Positions 55,403 through 64,000 of a stretch of 64,000 nucleotides of DNA are shown piece by piece. The DNA is taken from assembly GCA_034669905.1 (NCBI GenBank), contig JAXMOL010000003.1, positions 1-64,000 on the forward strand, written 5' to 3'. Positions within the stretch are counted from its first letter, which is position 1; every line of letters begins with the position of its first letter. The notes beneath the pieces are model-generated. The model did no database searches. It saw nothing but the letters and a program-made list of their open reading frames with translations, and was not told where the DNA came from. Source of the DNA: Candidatus Hydrogenedentota bacterium. Lineage in GTDB: Bacteria; Hydrogenedentota; Hydrogenedentia; Hydrogenedentales; JAEUWI01. The position numbers and the translations under genes were made by a program.

Positions 55403-55978
55403 ATGCGCATCGAAAATCCTACCTCCATGGTCGATCACTTGCTACGCCAGACCCGGGTCCATCACGCCCAACTCAGCACCATGGCCGACGTGAAGGCCAA
55501 CATGATGCTGACGGTGGCCTCGGTGATTCTGACCTACACGGTGGGTTACCTGACCGACCCGGCCTATCAATGGGGTGCCTTGACCCTCATTTTCTTTTGC
55601 ATGGCCAGCATCGTGGCGGCCATTTATGCCACCATGCCGCGGGTGGCCCTGCCCGGAAAAAAGCCGAAAGTGACGGCGAAGGATTCGGGATTCAATCTCC
55701 TGTTCTTCGGGAGCTTTATCCACCTCAGCTACGAGGAATTCAGCGAATCGATGGAAACCCTGCTCAACGACCCGGGCGAAGCGGGCGACGCCATGGTGCG
55801 CGAGATTTATACCCTGGGCACCTTCCTCGCCTATAAGAAATACCGCTTTCTCCGTTGGGCCTACATGCTCTTTCTCAGTGGGCTCTTGACGGCCGGGCTG
55901 GTGCAGGCCATCGTGCTCACCCTCCGTAACCTGGGCTATGAGGTCTGGCATCTGGACTTCACCCCGCCGGTAGGGTAG
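55403..55978 (+). CDS. Pycsar effector-like (DUF5706/PycTM) transmembrane protein
   Basis: LSTMADVKANMML, two TM segments, NLLFFGSF, KKYRFLRWAY, further TM. Confidence 0.8.
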   Translation: MRIENPTSMVDHLLRQTRVHHAQLSTMADVKANMMLTVASVILTYTVGYLTDPAYQWGALTLIFFCMASIVAAIYATMPRVALPGKKPKVTAKDSGFNLLFFGSFIHLSYEEFSESMETLLNDPGEAGDAMVREIYTLGTFLAYKKYRFLRWAYMLFLSGLLTAGLVQAIVLTLRNLGYEVWHLDFTPPVG

Positions 55979-56040
55979 GGGTTGTAGTGAGATTGGGAGA
56001 TCCATTTTTTCCCGCGATGTTCATCGGAAGTGCTGGGTTA

Positions 56041-56122
56041 TTCCCCTCCTGGGAGGGGTCAGGGGTGGGTTTGCGACAATTTTCGTGACTTGACCCACCC
56101 CCAGCCCCTCCGAGGAGGGGAG
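56041..56122. repeat. Palindromic CCCCTCC/GGAGGGG element between convergent genes
   Basis: TTCCCCTCCTGGGAGGGGTCAGGGGTGGGT ... ACCCACCCCCAGCCCCTCCGAGGAGGGGAG. Confidence 0.75.
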
Positions 56123-56184
56123 TTGTTGTCGAAATCTCTTGGGATTGTGGCAGGAACGTAATGGCTCCAATTGGATGGCGTAAA

Positions 56185-57153
56185 TCACGTTGCTATCTCC
56201 TGCGTCGTCTCCCGTGACACCCGCCAGGCCACCAGGGGCACGAGGGCCAGGTAGAGGGGCCAGAGGAAGCGTCCACTCATAAAGGCCGACGTCACGCCAT
56301 AGGCAAAGAGCAGGAGGCACGGCAGGGCAAGGGACATGACAAAAGCCCTTAACGGCGCGGGCACAGGCCCGTTTCTGGTCGGAAAAATGCAAAGCACCAG
56401 CAGCGGCCCCACCGTCAGGCTGACCGTAGCCCACGAAACCGGACGGCTCAGGTTGTCCATCATCCGCCCCCAGGTGGGCTTCCAGAAATAGGGCGGAAGA
56501 TCGGCAAAGTAGCCCCGCGTCGCTCCGGCGGCCAGAAGGGTGCTGACGCTGATGATTCCCAGCGCGGGGAGCCATCCGGGACGTCGGGTTTGCGCGAAGT
56601 AGAGAACCATCACGGGGAGCATAAGCAGGGTGCTCTCCCGCACGACGGCGCCGACAACGAGTAGTAGCCCCAACACCAGATAGGCGTGGTGATACAGGGC
56701 AAGACAGGCGGCGGTTACCACGAGGAAGCCTGCGGCATCCGTCAATACCGCCGAGCCGTAGTTCACGGTGGGGAAGGAACACACCAGCAGCCATGCGGCC
56801 ACGTGGAGCTGGCGCTGGGTCTCCAGAAAATTCGCCCAGAGTCGCACCGCCAGGAGATAGGCCCCGCAAGTGGCCGCCACGCTGCACGTGGCGATAGCGA
56901 CAGCCGGCGAAGGGAGGGGGAGCCATGCCGCAATCCACGGCACCAGCAAGCGAAAGGCGAAGGGCGTGTGGAGGGCAACCCGGTCCAGTTCCCCCTGAAA
57001 ATACCGCGCCAGGTCCGTGTAGTAGATCGAGTCGGGCGTCGTGTGGGCGAAGCGGGGCAAGGCCAGCAGCAGGGTGCCCACCACGATGCTCCCTGCGAGG
57101 GTGCCGGTGAGACGTGGTGGTGGTGTACGCGATGGGGTCTGGGCCTGATTCAC
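56185..57153 (-). CDS. Polytopic membrane protein, possibly a GT-C fold glycosyltransferase (start GTG 57153 inferred)
   Basis: Many TM segments; PDSIYY, PFAFRLLVP, LTD, VRES. Confidence 0.65.
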   Translation of the reverse strand: MNQAQTPSRTPPPRLTGTLAGSIVVGTLLLALPRFAHTTPDSIYYTDLARYFQGELDRVALHTPFAFRLLVPWIAAWLPLPSPAVAIATCSVAATCGAYLLAVRLWANFLETQRQLHVAAWLLVCSFPTVNYGSAVLTDAAGFLVVTAACLALYHHAYLVLGLLLVVGAVVRESTLLMLPVMVLYFAQTRRPGWLPALGIISVSTLLAAGATRGYFADLPPYFWKPTWGRMMDNLSRPVSWATVSLTVGPLLVLCIFPTRNGPVPAPLRAFVMSLALPCLLLFAYGVTSAFMSGRFLWPLYLALVPLVAWRVSRETTQEIAT

Positions 57154-57257
57154 CGAAAGGAGTTCCTGCCTGCTTTGGATTGCGTGCAATACTGTCGTGT
57201 CGGAGTGTAGCATTGACGGGCCGATGCAACAACCGTCGGGGAGGAGAGGAACCTTTC

Positions 57258-59741
57258 ATGAGTACCACGTCGCTTGAATCACTCACCAACGAATCCAATG
57301 CGGAAGCCGAAACATTGGCTCCCCCCAACGACTCGGGACGCTTCCTGGCGGGCCTGCTGTTGGTTGGACTGCTGATTGCCCATGTCGTCTTGAACTTATG
57401 GTGGCTGGACGCCGATAACCATACGATTCGGACCGACGAAGAAGGGCATATGCTCCTGGCGCGGACCTACTACGACACGCTTTTTGTGAAATCTTATGAC
57501 GGGCCCATGGAACGCGTCATCGCGATCTCCCAGATTCGCCCCGGCAATCCAGCCCATCCGCCCCTTTTCCATGTGGCGGGTGCCGTAATGATTGCGGTCT
57601 TTGGTTACAGCACCGACACGATCGCGCTGACCAGTACGGTGTTTTTTGTGCTGCTGCTGCTCGGCTGCTACCGCCTCGCCCGGAGCTTCCTCGACCCCTG
57701 GCAAAGTCTCTTTGCCGTCTTCGTCGTGAGCCTTACGCCCATGGTGTTCGCATCGTCCCGGTATTTCATGACCGACTATGCCTCGGCGACCGTGGTGGTC
57801 TGGTCCGTCTACGCCCTGATTCGAAGCAATGGTTTTCACCGCCCGGGCTGGGTCTTTTTCTTCGGCCTGTTCAACGGCCTCGGTATCCTCTTTCGCACCA
57901 TTACCTTCGCCTACCTCCTCTTTCCGGCCCTCCTTGCTGCAATCATCGGGCTGGTAGTGCTTGTCCGGGAGCGTCGCTCCCTCGATTTGAGTCGTCCGAC
58001 TTTCGGGGGCTGGGTCGTTAACCTGCTCATGGCCCTCACTGTCAGCGTCGGTGTCTTCGCGCCCTGGTACTACACCAACCTCGAGCCCTTCTACGACTAC
58101 TGGGCGAACAAAGAAATCGGAAATGGCCGGGGACCCTTGACCCAGTTTATCCCACCAGCCCCTGCCGTGGTGCCCCCCGCCACCCCAACGGATTCCGATG
58201 CCGTACCCACCATCATTCCGCCCGTGGCGCCAGCTGTTGACCCGGTTACCTATGCGCTTGAAAAGGTGAAACATCCCCAGGTGGCGTGGATTCGCTATCC
58301 CGTTTATGTAAACAACAACGGGCTCTTTATCGTGTTGTCCGCCCTGGCGCTTCTGGGGATGGTGACGGCCTGGTTCCGTCGGCAATTCCGCAGCAGCGCG
58401 ATGCTTTATCTCTATGCCTGGATTTTCGGAAGTTGGCTCTTCTTCACCGTCATGCTGCGCTCGGGCACGCCCCGCTACGCCTTGCCGGTAGCCCCGGCAC
58501 TTGCCCTCTTTGCCGCCTTCTTCGTGTTGGTCTTGCCCGGGCGCTGGATTCGTTTCGCCGGTGCCGCCGTGCTTGGCGTGGTCCTGTCTGCCCAGTACGC
58601 CAACATGACCATTGCATCCTTCGCAACGCCCGAGGCGCCCCAGGTCGCCGTGCCTGAACTCCAGGCGGAAGCCCGCCACTTTGTGGATGACGGCCTGGTG
58701 ATTTACAAGGATCACGTGACCCTGGGCTTCTCCTACTCCCATCTCGGCGTGCCCCAGACGGACAATTATAAAGAGCGCTTTATCGAGGCCATGCTGTCCC
58801 ACGAAAAGACCCTCCCCGTGCGGGAAGGGCAATACGCCAACTATCAGAAGCTCGGACTGCGGGGCATGCCTCTCTACGAGCAGCACTACTGGCCCGGCGA
58901 GAATCCCTATCGTCTCGAAAGCCTCACCGACGCGGATATGCCGGAGCGTCGATTGCGTCTGATCCACATGGGCCTGGAGCCCGCGCACCTGCTCGCCCAG
59001 TTGCCCGAGACGGACTACATCCTCTATCAGGTGGATGCCGCCCACGTGGCCCGCGTGGCCGAATATGAAGCCTACTTCGCGGCCCACGGCTTTGAGGCCA
59101 TCGCCCAGTTTGAGGTGCCGTCCTTCGGCTGGGTGCCCCGCACCATCAACGGCGTACTCGCGAAAAGTCTCTCCGGGGAGCTGGTCAACGTCAACGCCAC
59201 CACCATCGCGGAGATGAATCTCTACGATCTCCACGAGCTTAGCGAGTCGGCCGATTTCGTGCGCCTTCCCGCCGCGCTTCAGGAGCAGGTGAAGACGACC
59301 TTCGAAACGAAGCTTGCGGCCATTGCGAATCCCTTCGCCCTCAGCCCGGGTGTTACCTTTATGGCGGCCGAGGTGACCCGGTTGGCCGACGGTATGTTCC
59401 AGTTTCGTCTGGTGTTTCACGTCGAGTCAGCCATGGATCGCGATTGGCGCATGCTCTTCCATGGCTTCGTCAAAGAAGAAGATGTGCCCCGCCTCCCCGA
59501 AGAGAAGCAGGCCCAGGGCTATATGGATTGGAATTTCGCACCCAACCCACCCACTAGCACCTGGGAGCCCGGGAAATATGTGGTGCTGACCCATAGCATT
59601 GAGGCGACCCCCATGGTCTACCAAATCAAGTTTGGCCTCTTTCAGGAGTCCACCCTCTTCGGCCAGACCGCCTTGCTCAAGCCCATGGACCTGGCTGCGA
59701 TTCCCGCGGAACCCGTGGCAGCCGACGGAAACGCGCCTTAG
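57258..59741 (+). CDS. ArnT/PMT-like (GT39/GT83) glycosyltransferase with large soluble C-terminus
   Basis: GAGGA RBS; DEEGH, HPPLFH, SRYFMTD, PWY, RYALP; many TM segments. Confidence 0.82.
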   Translation: MSTTSLESLTNESNAEAETLAPPNDSGRFLAGLLLVGLLIAHVVLNLWWLDADNHTIRTDEEGHMLLARTYYDTLFVKSYDGPMERVIAISQIRPGNPAHPPLFHVAGAVMIAVFGYSTDTIALTSTVFFVLLLLGCYRLARSFLDPWQSLFAVFVVSLTPMVFASSRYFMTDYASATVVVWSVYALIRSNGFHRPGWVFFFGLFNGLGILFRTITFAYLLFPALLAAIIGLVVLVRERRSLDLSRPTFGGWVVNLLMALTVSVGVFAPWYYTNLEPFYDYWANKEIGNGRGPLTQFIPPAPAVVPPATPTDSDAVPTIIPPVAPAVDPVTYALEKVKHPQVAWIRYPVYVNNNGLFIVLSALALLGMVTAWFRRQFRSSAMLYLYAWIFGSWLFFTVMLRSGTPRYALPVAPALALFAAFFVLVLPGRWIRFAGAAVLGVVLSAQYANMTIASFATPEAPQVAVPELQAEARHFVDDGLVIYKDHVTLGFSYSHLGVPQTDNYKERFIEAMLSHEKTLPVREGQYANYQKLGLRGMPLYEQHYWPGENPYRLESLTDADMPERRLRLIHMGLEPAHLLAQLPETDYILYQVDAAHVARVAEYEAYFAAHGFEAIAQFEVPSFGWVPRTINGVLAKSLSGELVNVNATTIAEMNLYDLHELSESADFVRLPAALQEQVKTTFETKLAAIANPFALSPGVTFMAAEVTRLADGMFQFRLVFHVESAMDRDWRMLFHGFVKEEDVPRLPEEKQAQGYMDWNFAPNPPTSTWEPGKYVVLTHSIEATPMVYQIKFGLFQESTLFGQTALLKPMDLAAIPAEPVAADGNAP

Positions 59742-61747
59742 TCGGGCACCACGCTAAGCGACACGGCTTCTTCAGGCGTTAGGGTAAATCGCACGGTGGC
59801 CCGCGGTCCGGTCACTTCCAGCGGAATGCGCTGTGTGCCACACGTAACCGTGTAGGTGCCCGGTTTGAGCAGATAGAATTCGGCACCCATGCTGCGCGGT
59901 TGATCGCCAAAATGATAGAGCTTCGCCGTAAAGCGATCCGTCCCCGAGTCAGTGACCAGGGCCGCAATATTGCGGGAAGGGGTCAGCCAGCGTACGGCGT
60001 TCATGGGGAAGTAACCTGCCGTGCCGGGGTCTCCGGTGACCGTGGCATAGAGGAGGCCAGGGTCGGGCTGACCAATGCCGGGCACGGCCTCCGCCGTCAT
60101 GAGACCCCCGCGATACAGGGCAGGAAGGCGCAAGACGCGATCGGTATAGCGCACCTCGCTCGTGTAGCCGGGGTAGTTGGTTCCCAGGGCGGTCGCCGTT
60201 TGCTGGAGGGCCGAGATGACCGGTGCGTCGTCACCCCAGAAGCGATAGCGGGCATAGGTAGATGCGCCCGATTTTAACAGCGTATCGAACTCGGTACTTC
60301 CCGTGAGCAAACGATATTTCGACAGGGCACTCGACAGGTTACCCATACGCTTGGCGCTCCATGCGGCCGAGCCCGGTTCCGGCGTTTCCGCTGGGGGATT
60401 CTGCAGGTAGTCAAGGCGTAGTTGGGCCATACTGCGCAGGGGCGTGAGATATTTCTCCTCACCGGTGACGTGGTAGGTCAAGAGCAGGGTATGGGTCATT
60501 TGCGTCATGGCGCTGGGAAACACATAGAGCGGATCCATCGTGTGGTTTTCCGGGTCCCACCAGTGCTCGCCCACGCCACCGACGGTGCCCTCCGGCCAGT
60601 GAATGGCACTGGGGATAACCCCCGCAGGCTTGCCCCGCTCGGCCCGTGCCGTGGCATCCACCCAGGTGTCCATCCAATCCGAAATAAATCGGGTCAGCGC
60701 CGGGTCACCCGTCCGTTGCCAGAGGAGGAGGGCGGGTTGGAGCACCCGGGGGTGGTATACGGTATCGCAGGCCCGTTTCGGCTGGGTATCAATCTGGTCG
60801 ATGGCGAAGTACGTGCTTTTATACTGGAGCTGACCCCGTTCATTGCGTCCCATCCACAGTTCCTGGCTCAACTCCACCATGCGCAACGCACGTTGTTGCC
60901 AGACCGCGCTCTCTGGCGCAAGATGGAGCATGGGCGTGATGACATCAGAGGAGTCTTCCGAGGTGTGCTCCACGTCGGAGAGGTGGTGGGTATACCCGCC
61001 CTCCATATGGGGTTGTGCCAGGAGAGCCGCGGAAAAGGATTCCTGTGCAGCGCGGATTTTAGGGTCCTCAAAGCCGATGAGAATGGCCGTCCAGAATCGC
61101 CACATCTCGCAGTCATCACCCCAGCCTCCCCCATAGGGCCCCCCCTCCTGGAGACGGTGGTCGATCCACCAGTGGATGATGTCGGTCAGGCGCTCCAGTC
61201 CTTCTCGCTGCGCCACCGCCCAGGCGGGTGCGCTGTCGGGTGTACGGTAGGTCGTGGCAGGAGGCATGGGGGTGCCGAGATACATGGGCGCCAGGGGCTC
61301 TTCGGGAAAGGCCTGATGGGCCCGTTCGAAAAGGTCGCGAATTCGTTCCATCCGCGCGCGCAGAACCGTCCGATCCTTCCAATAGCGGCCATGTTCCATC
61401 GTTACCCAGATGAGCATCCGGGCCCGATAGAGATGGGTCAGGGGGTAGAAGAGCGAGTCCGCTGCGATGCCAAAGTCGTAGTCATCATGTTTGAGGAGTG
61501 CCCCGTTGAAGTAATCGAGCTGGGTCGCGTTCAGGTAACGGTCCACTTCCTCGGTAAAGCGCTCGGCCTCTTTTCGCTGGGCTGGGCTCAGCTCGGGATG
61601 GGCGGTCAATTCCTGCAACACGAGGAGCCGTGCCGCATCGGAGGGGGCATTGCCGGCCTTCGCGATGAGCTCCTGCACGGTTGCGCCGTGGCTGACAAAG
61701 GTGGCCGACACCCATAGCAGTAAGAGAACAGAGAAACGAATAGACAT
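59738..61747 (-). CDS. Secreted hypothetical protein (Trp-rich, possibly an alpha/alpha-barrel carbohydrate-active enzyme)
   Basis: AAGGAG RBS; signal peptide MSIRFSVLLLLWVSATFVSHG; GGGWGDDCEMWR. Confidence 0.75.
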   Translation of the reverse strand: MSIRFSVLLLLWVSATFVSHGATVQELIAKAGNAPSDAARLLVLQELTAHPELSPAQRKEAERFTEEVDRYLNATQLDYFNGALLKHDDYDFGIAADSLFYPLTHLYRARMLIWVTMEHGRYWKDRTVLRARMERIRDLFERAHQAFPEEPLAPMYLGTPMPPATTYRTPDSAPAWAVAQREGLERLTDIIHWWIDHRLQEGGPYGGGWGDDCEMWRFWTAILIGFEDPKIRAAQESFSAALLAQPHMEGGYTHHLSDVEHTSEDSSDVITPMLHLAPESAVWQQRALRMVELSQELWMGRNERGQLQYKSTYFAIDQIDTQPKRACDTVYHPRVLQPALLLWQRTGDPALTRFISDWMDTWVDATARAERGKPAGVIPSAIHWPEGTVGGVGEHWWDPENHTMDPLYVFPSAMTQMTHTLLLTYHVTGEEKYLTPLRSMAQLRLDYLQNPPAETPEPGSAAWSAKRMGNLSSALSKYRLLTGSTEFDTLLKSGASTYARYRFWGDDAPVISALQQTATALGTNYPGYTSEVRYTDRVLRLPALYRGGLMTAEAVPGIGQPDPGLLYATVTGDPGTAGYFPMNAVRWLTPSRNIAALVTDSGTDRFTAKLYHFGDQPRSMGAEFYLLKPGTYTVTCGTQRIPLEVTGPRATVRFTLTPEEAVSLSVVPD

Positions 61748-62092
61748 TGGAAAACTCCTTCGATAGGGTGAAAACACCCCGTCCCCGCGCCCCGGGGCAG
61801 GTTGCATTTTCCCGACATGGGAGTGGCGCAACCGCCGACTTATCCGGGGAATAGTAAAACATGCCCCATGTGTCAGGGCAAGAAAAGTCTGGGGTAGGCG
61901 GCGGGCCATGGGGCCGCGCGCCGCACCGGGCCGGGTGGAGCTAATCTGTCCGTGGGCATTACGCCTGTCCGAATAAATGTGGTATTGTACAGAGGACAGC
62001 AGGGACGGGCATTGGCCCCACGGCCAAGTGTTCGAAGGAGTGCGTCTTTCCCGCCTTCAAGCGGGCAATACGACGGAACAGGAGCAGACACC

Positions 62093-63175
62093 ATGGCCAT
62101 GTCGGTGGACGAATTGATGCAAGGGGCTATCGATAGGAATGCCTCGGATATACACCTGAAAGAAGGCAATCCGCCCATATTCCGGGTCGATGGGGCCCTG
62201 GTGCGTGTCGAAGACCAAGATCCCCTGACAGAAGAGGATCTCCAGACCATCTTGCAGGCCATTGCGTCCCCAACGGATATTGCCAAGTTTCAAAAGGTGA
62301 TGGAGTTGGACAACTCCTACTTTTTCGAAGGCAAGGCCCGTTTCCGTATCAACTGCTGTAAAGATGATGGGGATACGCGCATCGTCATGCGGCTTATTCC
62401 CCTGGAAATCAAGACCATTGAAGAGTTGCAGCTGCCGCCCGTTCTGAAAAAGCTCTGCGTTCTGAAGAATGGCCTGGTCCTGGTCACGGGGCCCACCGGT
62501 AGTGGTAAATCCACATCCCTGGCGGCCCTGATTAATGACATCAATACCAACCGCCCCGACCACATCGTGACGGTAGAAGATCCCGTGGAGTTCTTGCACC
62601 GGGACAAAATGGCCATCGTAACGCAACGGGAAATCGGTCACGACACCTTGTCTTTCGCCAATGCCCTCCGCGGTGCGCTGCGACAGGACCCCGATGTGAT
62701 TCTAATCGGCGAAATGCGTGATGCGGAGACCGTGCGCACGGCCCTGGCGTCGGCGGAGACCGGTCACCTGGTGTTCTCGACCTTGCACACCGTGGATGCC
62801 GTCGAAACACTTAACCGTGTCATCGACTTTTTCGAACCCCACCAGCAAATTCAGATTCGGAAGCAGCTGTCCTCGGTATTGCGGGGCGTCATCTCCCAGC
62901 GTATCGTGCCACTGGCCGAAGGTACGGGCCGCTGTGTTGCCGCAGAAATCCTGCTTGGCACCCGCACCGTACGGGACTTTATCGAAAAAGGTAAGTCCTT
63001 TAAAGACATTGTGGGCCTTATTGAAGAGGGCAATGAACAGTACGGCATGCAGACCTTTGACCAGGCGCTGTATACCCACTGGAAAGAAAAGCGGATTACG
63101 GCAGAGGTCGCACTGGCCAATGCCACGAGTTCCAAGGATCTTAAACTGCGAATGCAGGGGATGGCGGTCAATTAG
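62093..63175 (+). CDS. pilT: Type IV pilus retraction ATPase
   Basis: ASDIHL, GPTGSGKST (Walker A), TVEDPVE, ALRQDPDVILIGEMRD, AETGHLVFSTLHT, GMQTFDQAL. Confidence 0.93.
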   Translation: MAMSVDELMQGAIDRNASDIHLKEGNPPIFRVDGALVRVEDQDPLTEEDLQTILQAIASPTDIAKFQKVMELDNSYFFEGKARFRINCCKDDGDTRIVMRLIPLEIKTIEELQLPPVLKKLCVLKNGLVLVTGPTGSGKSTSLAALINDINTNRPDHIVTVEDPVEFLHRDKMAIVTQREIGHDTLSFANALRGALRQDPDVILIGEMRDAETVRTALASAETGHLVFSTLHTVDAVETLNRVIDFFEPHQQIQIRKQLSSVLRGVISQRIVPLAEGTGRCVAAEILLGTRTVRDFIEKGKSFKDIVGLIEEGNEQYGMQTFDQALYTHWKEKRITAEVALANATSSKDLKLRMQGMAVN

Positions 63176-63176
63176 T

Positions 63177-64000
63177 ATGGGTTTCCGGTGGCGTGTTGGG
63201 TTAATGGCAACGGTGGTCGGTGCCGTGATTTTTCCGGCCGCGGCGATGAATCTTCTGGCCAATCCGGGTTTTGAGTCCCGCTCGGCGGACCAGCCTGATC
63301 GGTGGGATTTCTTTGTCCAGCCCAAACCCGGGGCGGTGGCTCGCCTGGATAACACGGCCCATACCGGTGAGTTTTCCGTGTGGCTTCATACGCCCACCCC
63401 CTACGAAAAAGAACCCGTCAACAATTGGAGCCAGAATATCATCGCGGATTTCGGCGGAGAGACGCTCCGGGTTTCGGGGTTTATTCGGGTGGCCGAAGCG
63501 AAAGAAGCGGCCCTCTGGTTGCAATGCTGGCGCAAAAGTCCCTGGGGTGTGTTGGCCGCGGCCAGCACCAGCATCGATATGCCGGTTTACGGTACCGCCG
63601 ATTGGCAAGAAGTCACGATGGACGTCGACGTGCCGGAAGGGACGAACTTCGTCACCCTGCGTTGCGTGCTCCTGGGCACGGGGTCGGCCTGGTTTGACGA
63701 TATTTCGGTGACCCGCGTCGTAGACGTGGTGGCGGAAGAGGCCTCCCCCGAGGAACCCGAGAAAGATCCCACGGAGACCGCCACCCCGGTGGCCGAAGAA
63801 ACTTCGGAAACGAACGGGACGGCGACGAAATCCGCCGCGGTAGAGCGGGAAGTTCCGGACACGCCGTCAGACGATGCCGTCCGGCAGGAGGCGGTGGTCA
63901 TGCCCGTGATGGACAAGATTGAAGAGGAAGTCCGTCGTTTGCGGGATGCCAATCTCCTGCTCACCGATACGCTGGAAAAAATTCAGGAAGTGAATCAAGG
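63177..64000 (+). CDS. 3'-truncated secreted protein with CBM4/9-like domain, acidic linker and coiled coil (absent from the ORF track)
   Basis: ATG 1 nt after pilT stop; signal peptide, NLLANPGFE, GTADWQEV, GTGSAWFDDI; open to window end. Confidence 0.8.
   Translation, partial: MGFRWRVGLMATVVGAVIFPAAAMNLLANPGFESRSADQPDRWDFFVQPKPGAVARLDNTAHTGEFSVWLHTPTPYEKEPVNNWSQNIIADFGGETLRVSGFIRVAEAKEAALWLQCWRKSPWGVLAAASTSIDMPVYGTADWQEVTMDVDVPEGTNFVTLRCVLLGTGSAWFDDISVTRVVDVVAEEASPEEPEKDPTETATPVAEETSETNGTATKSAAVEREVPDTPSDDAVRQEAVVMPVMDKIEEEVRRLRDANLLLTDTLEKIQEVNQ

Noticed and set aside
2130..59420. Many long antisense or alternate-frame ORFs (for example 2130..3911-, 13408..15144+, 30216..31910+, 34389..35966+, 52860..54608+, 57396..59420-)
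   Set aside because: They overlap genes with clear family motifs and read as the shadow ORFs typical of GC-rich coding DNA

Overview
GC-rich bacterial chromosomal window with about 37 protein-coding genes; no rRNA, tRNA or CRISPR array was seen. The gene content (DUF1501 plus DUF1549/DUF1553 cytochrome pair, DUF4838, CehA/McbA-type metallohydrolase, several BNR/sialidase-like secreted proteins) suggests a PVC-like or Hydrogenedentota-like organism (inference only). Recognisable genes: aspC-type aminotransferase, hemolysin III family, HTTM/vitamin-K-dependent carboxylase-like, TIGR02452 PARG, a sugar-nucleotide cluster interrupted by a REP-associated tyrosine transposase with REPIN-like flanks, clpP, a giant coiled-coil protein ending in an MshEN-like domain, a hybrid kinase with an HD-GYP regulator, fdhA, an orphan Pycsar-type membrane effector, glycosyltransferases and pilT. 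The most interesting unexplained signals are non-coding. (1) A candidate ~440-nt RNA at about 20131-20573 has a sigma54-type promoter, eight consecutive stem-loops with CAC-rich loops and an intrinsic terminator. (2) A family of ~105-nt hairpin elements has conserved GGGAC/GT(C/A)CC ends and largely unrelated interiors. (3) Several other palindromic repeat families occur in intergenic space. All family assignments and alignments were made by eye, without database searches.
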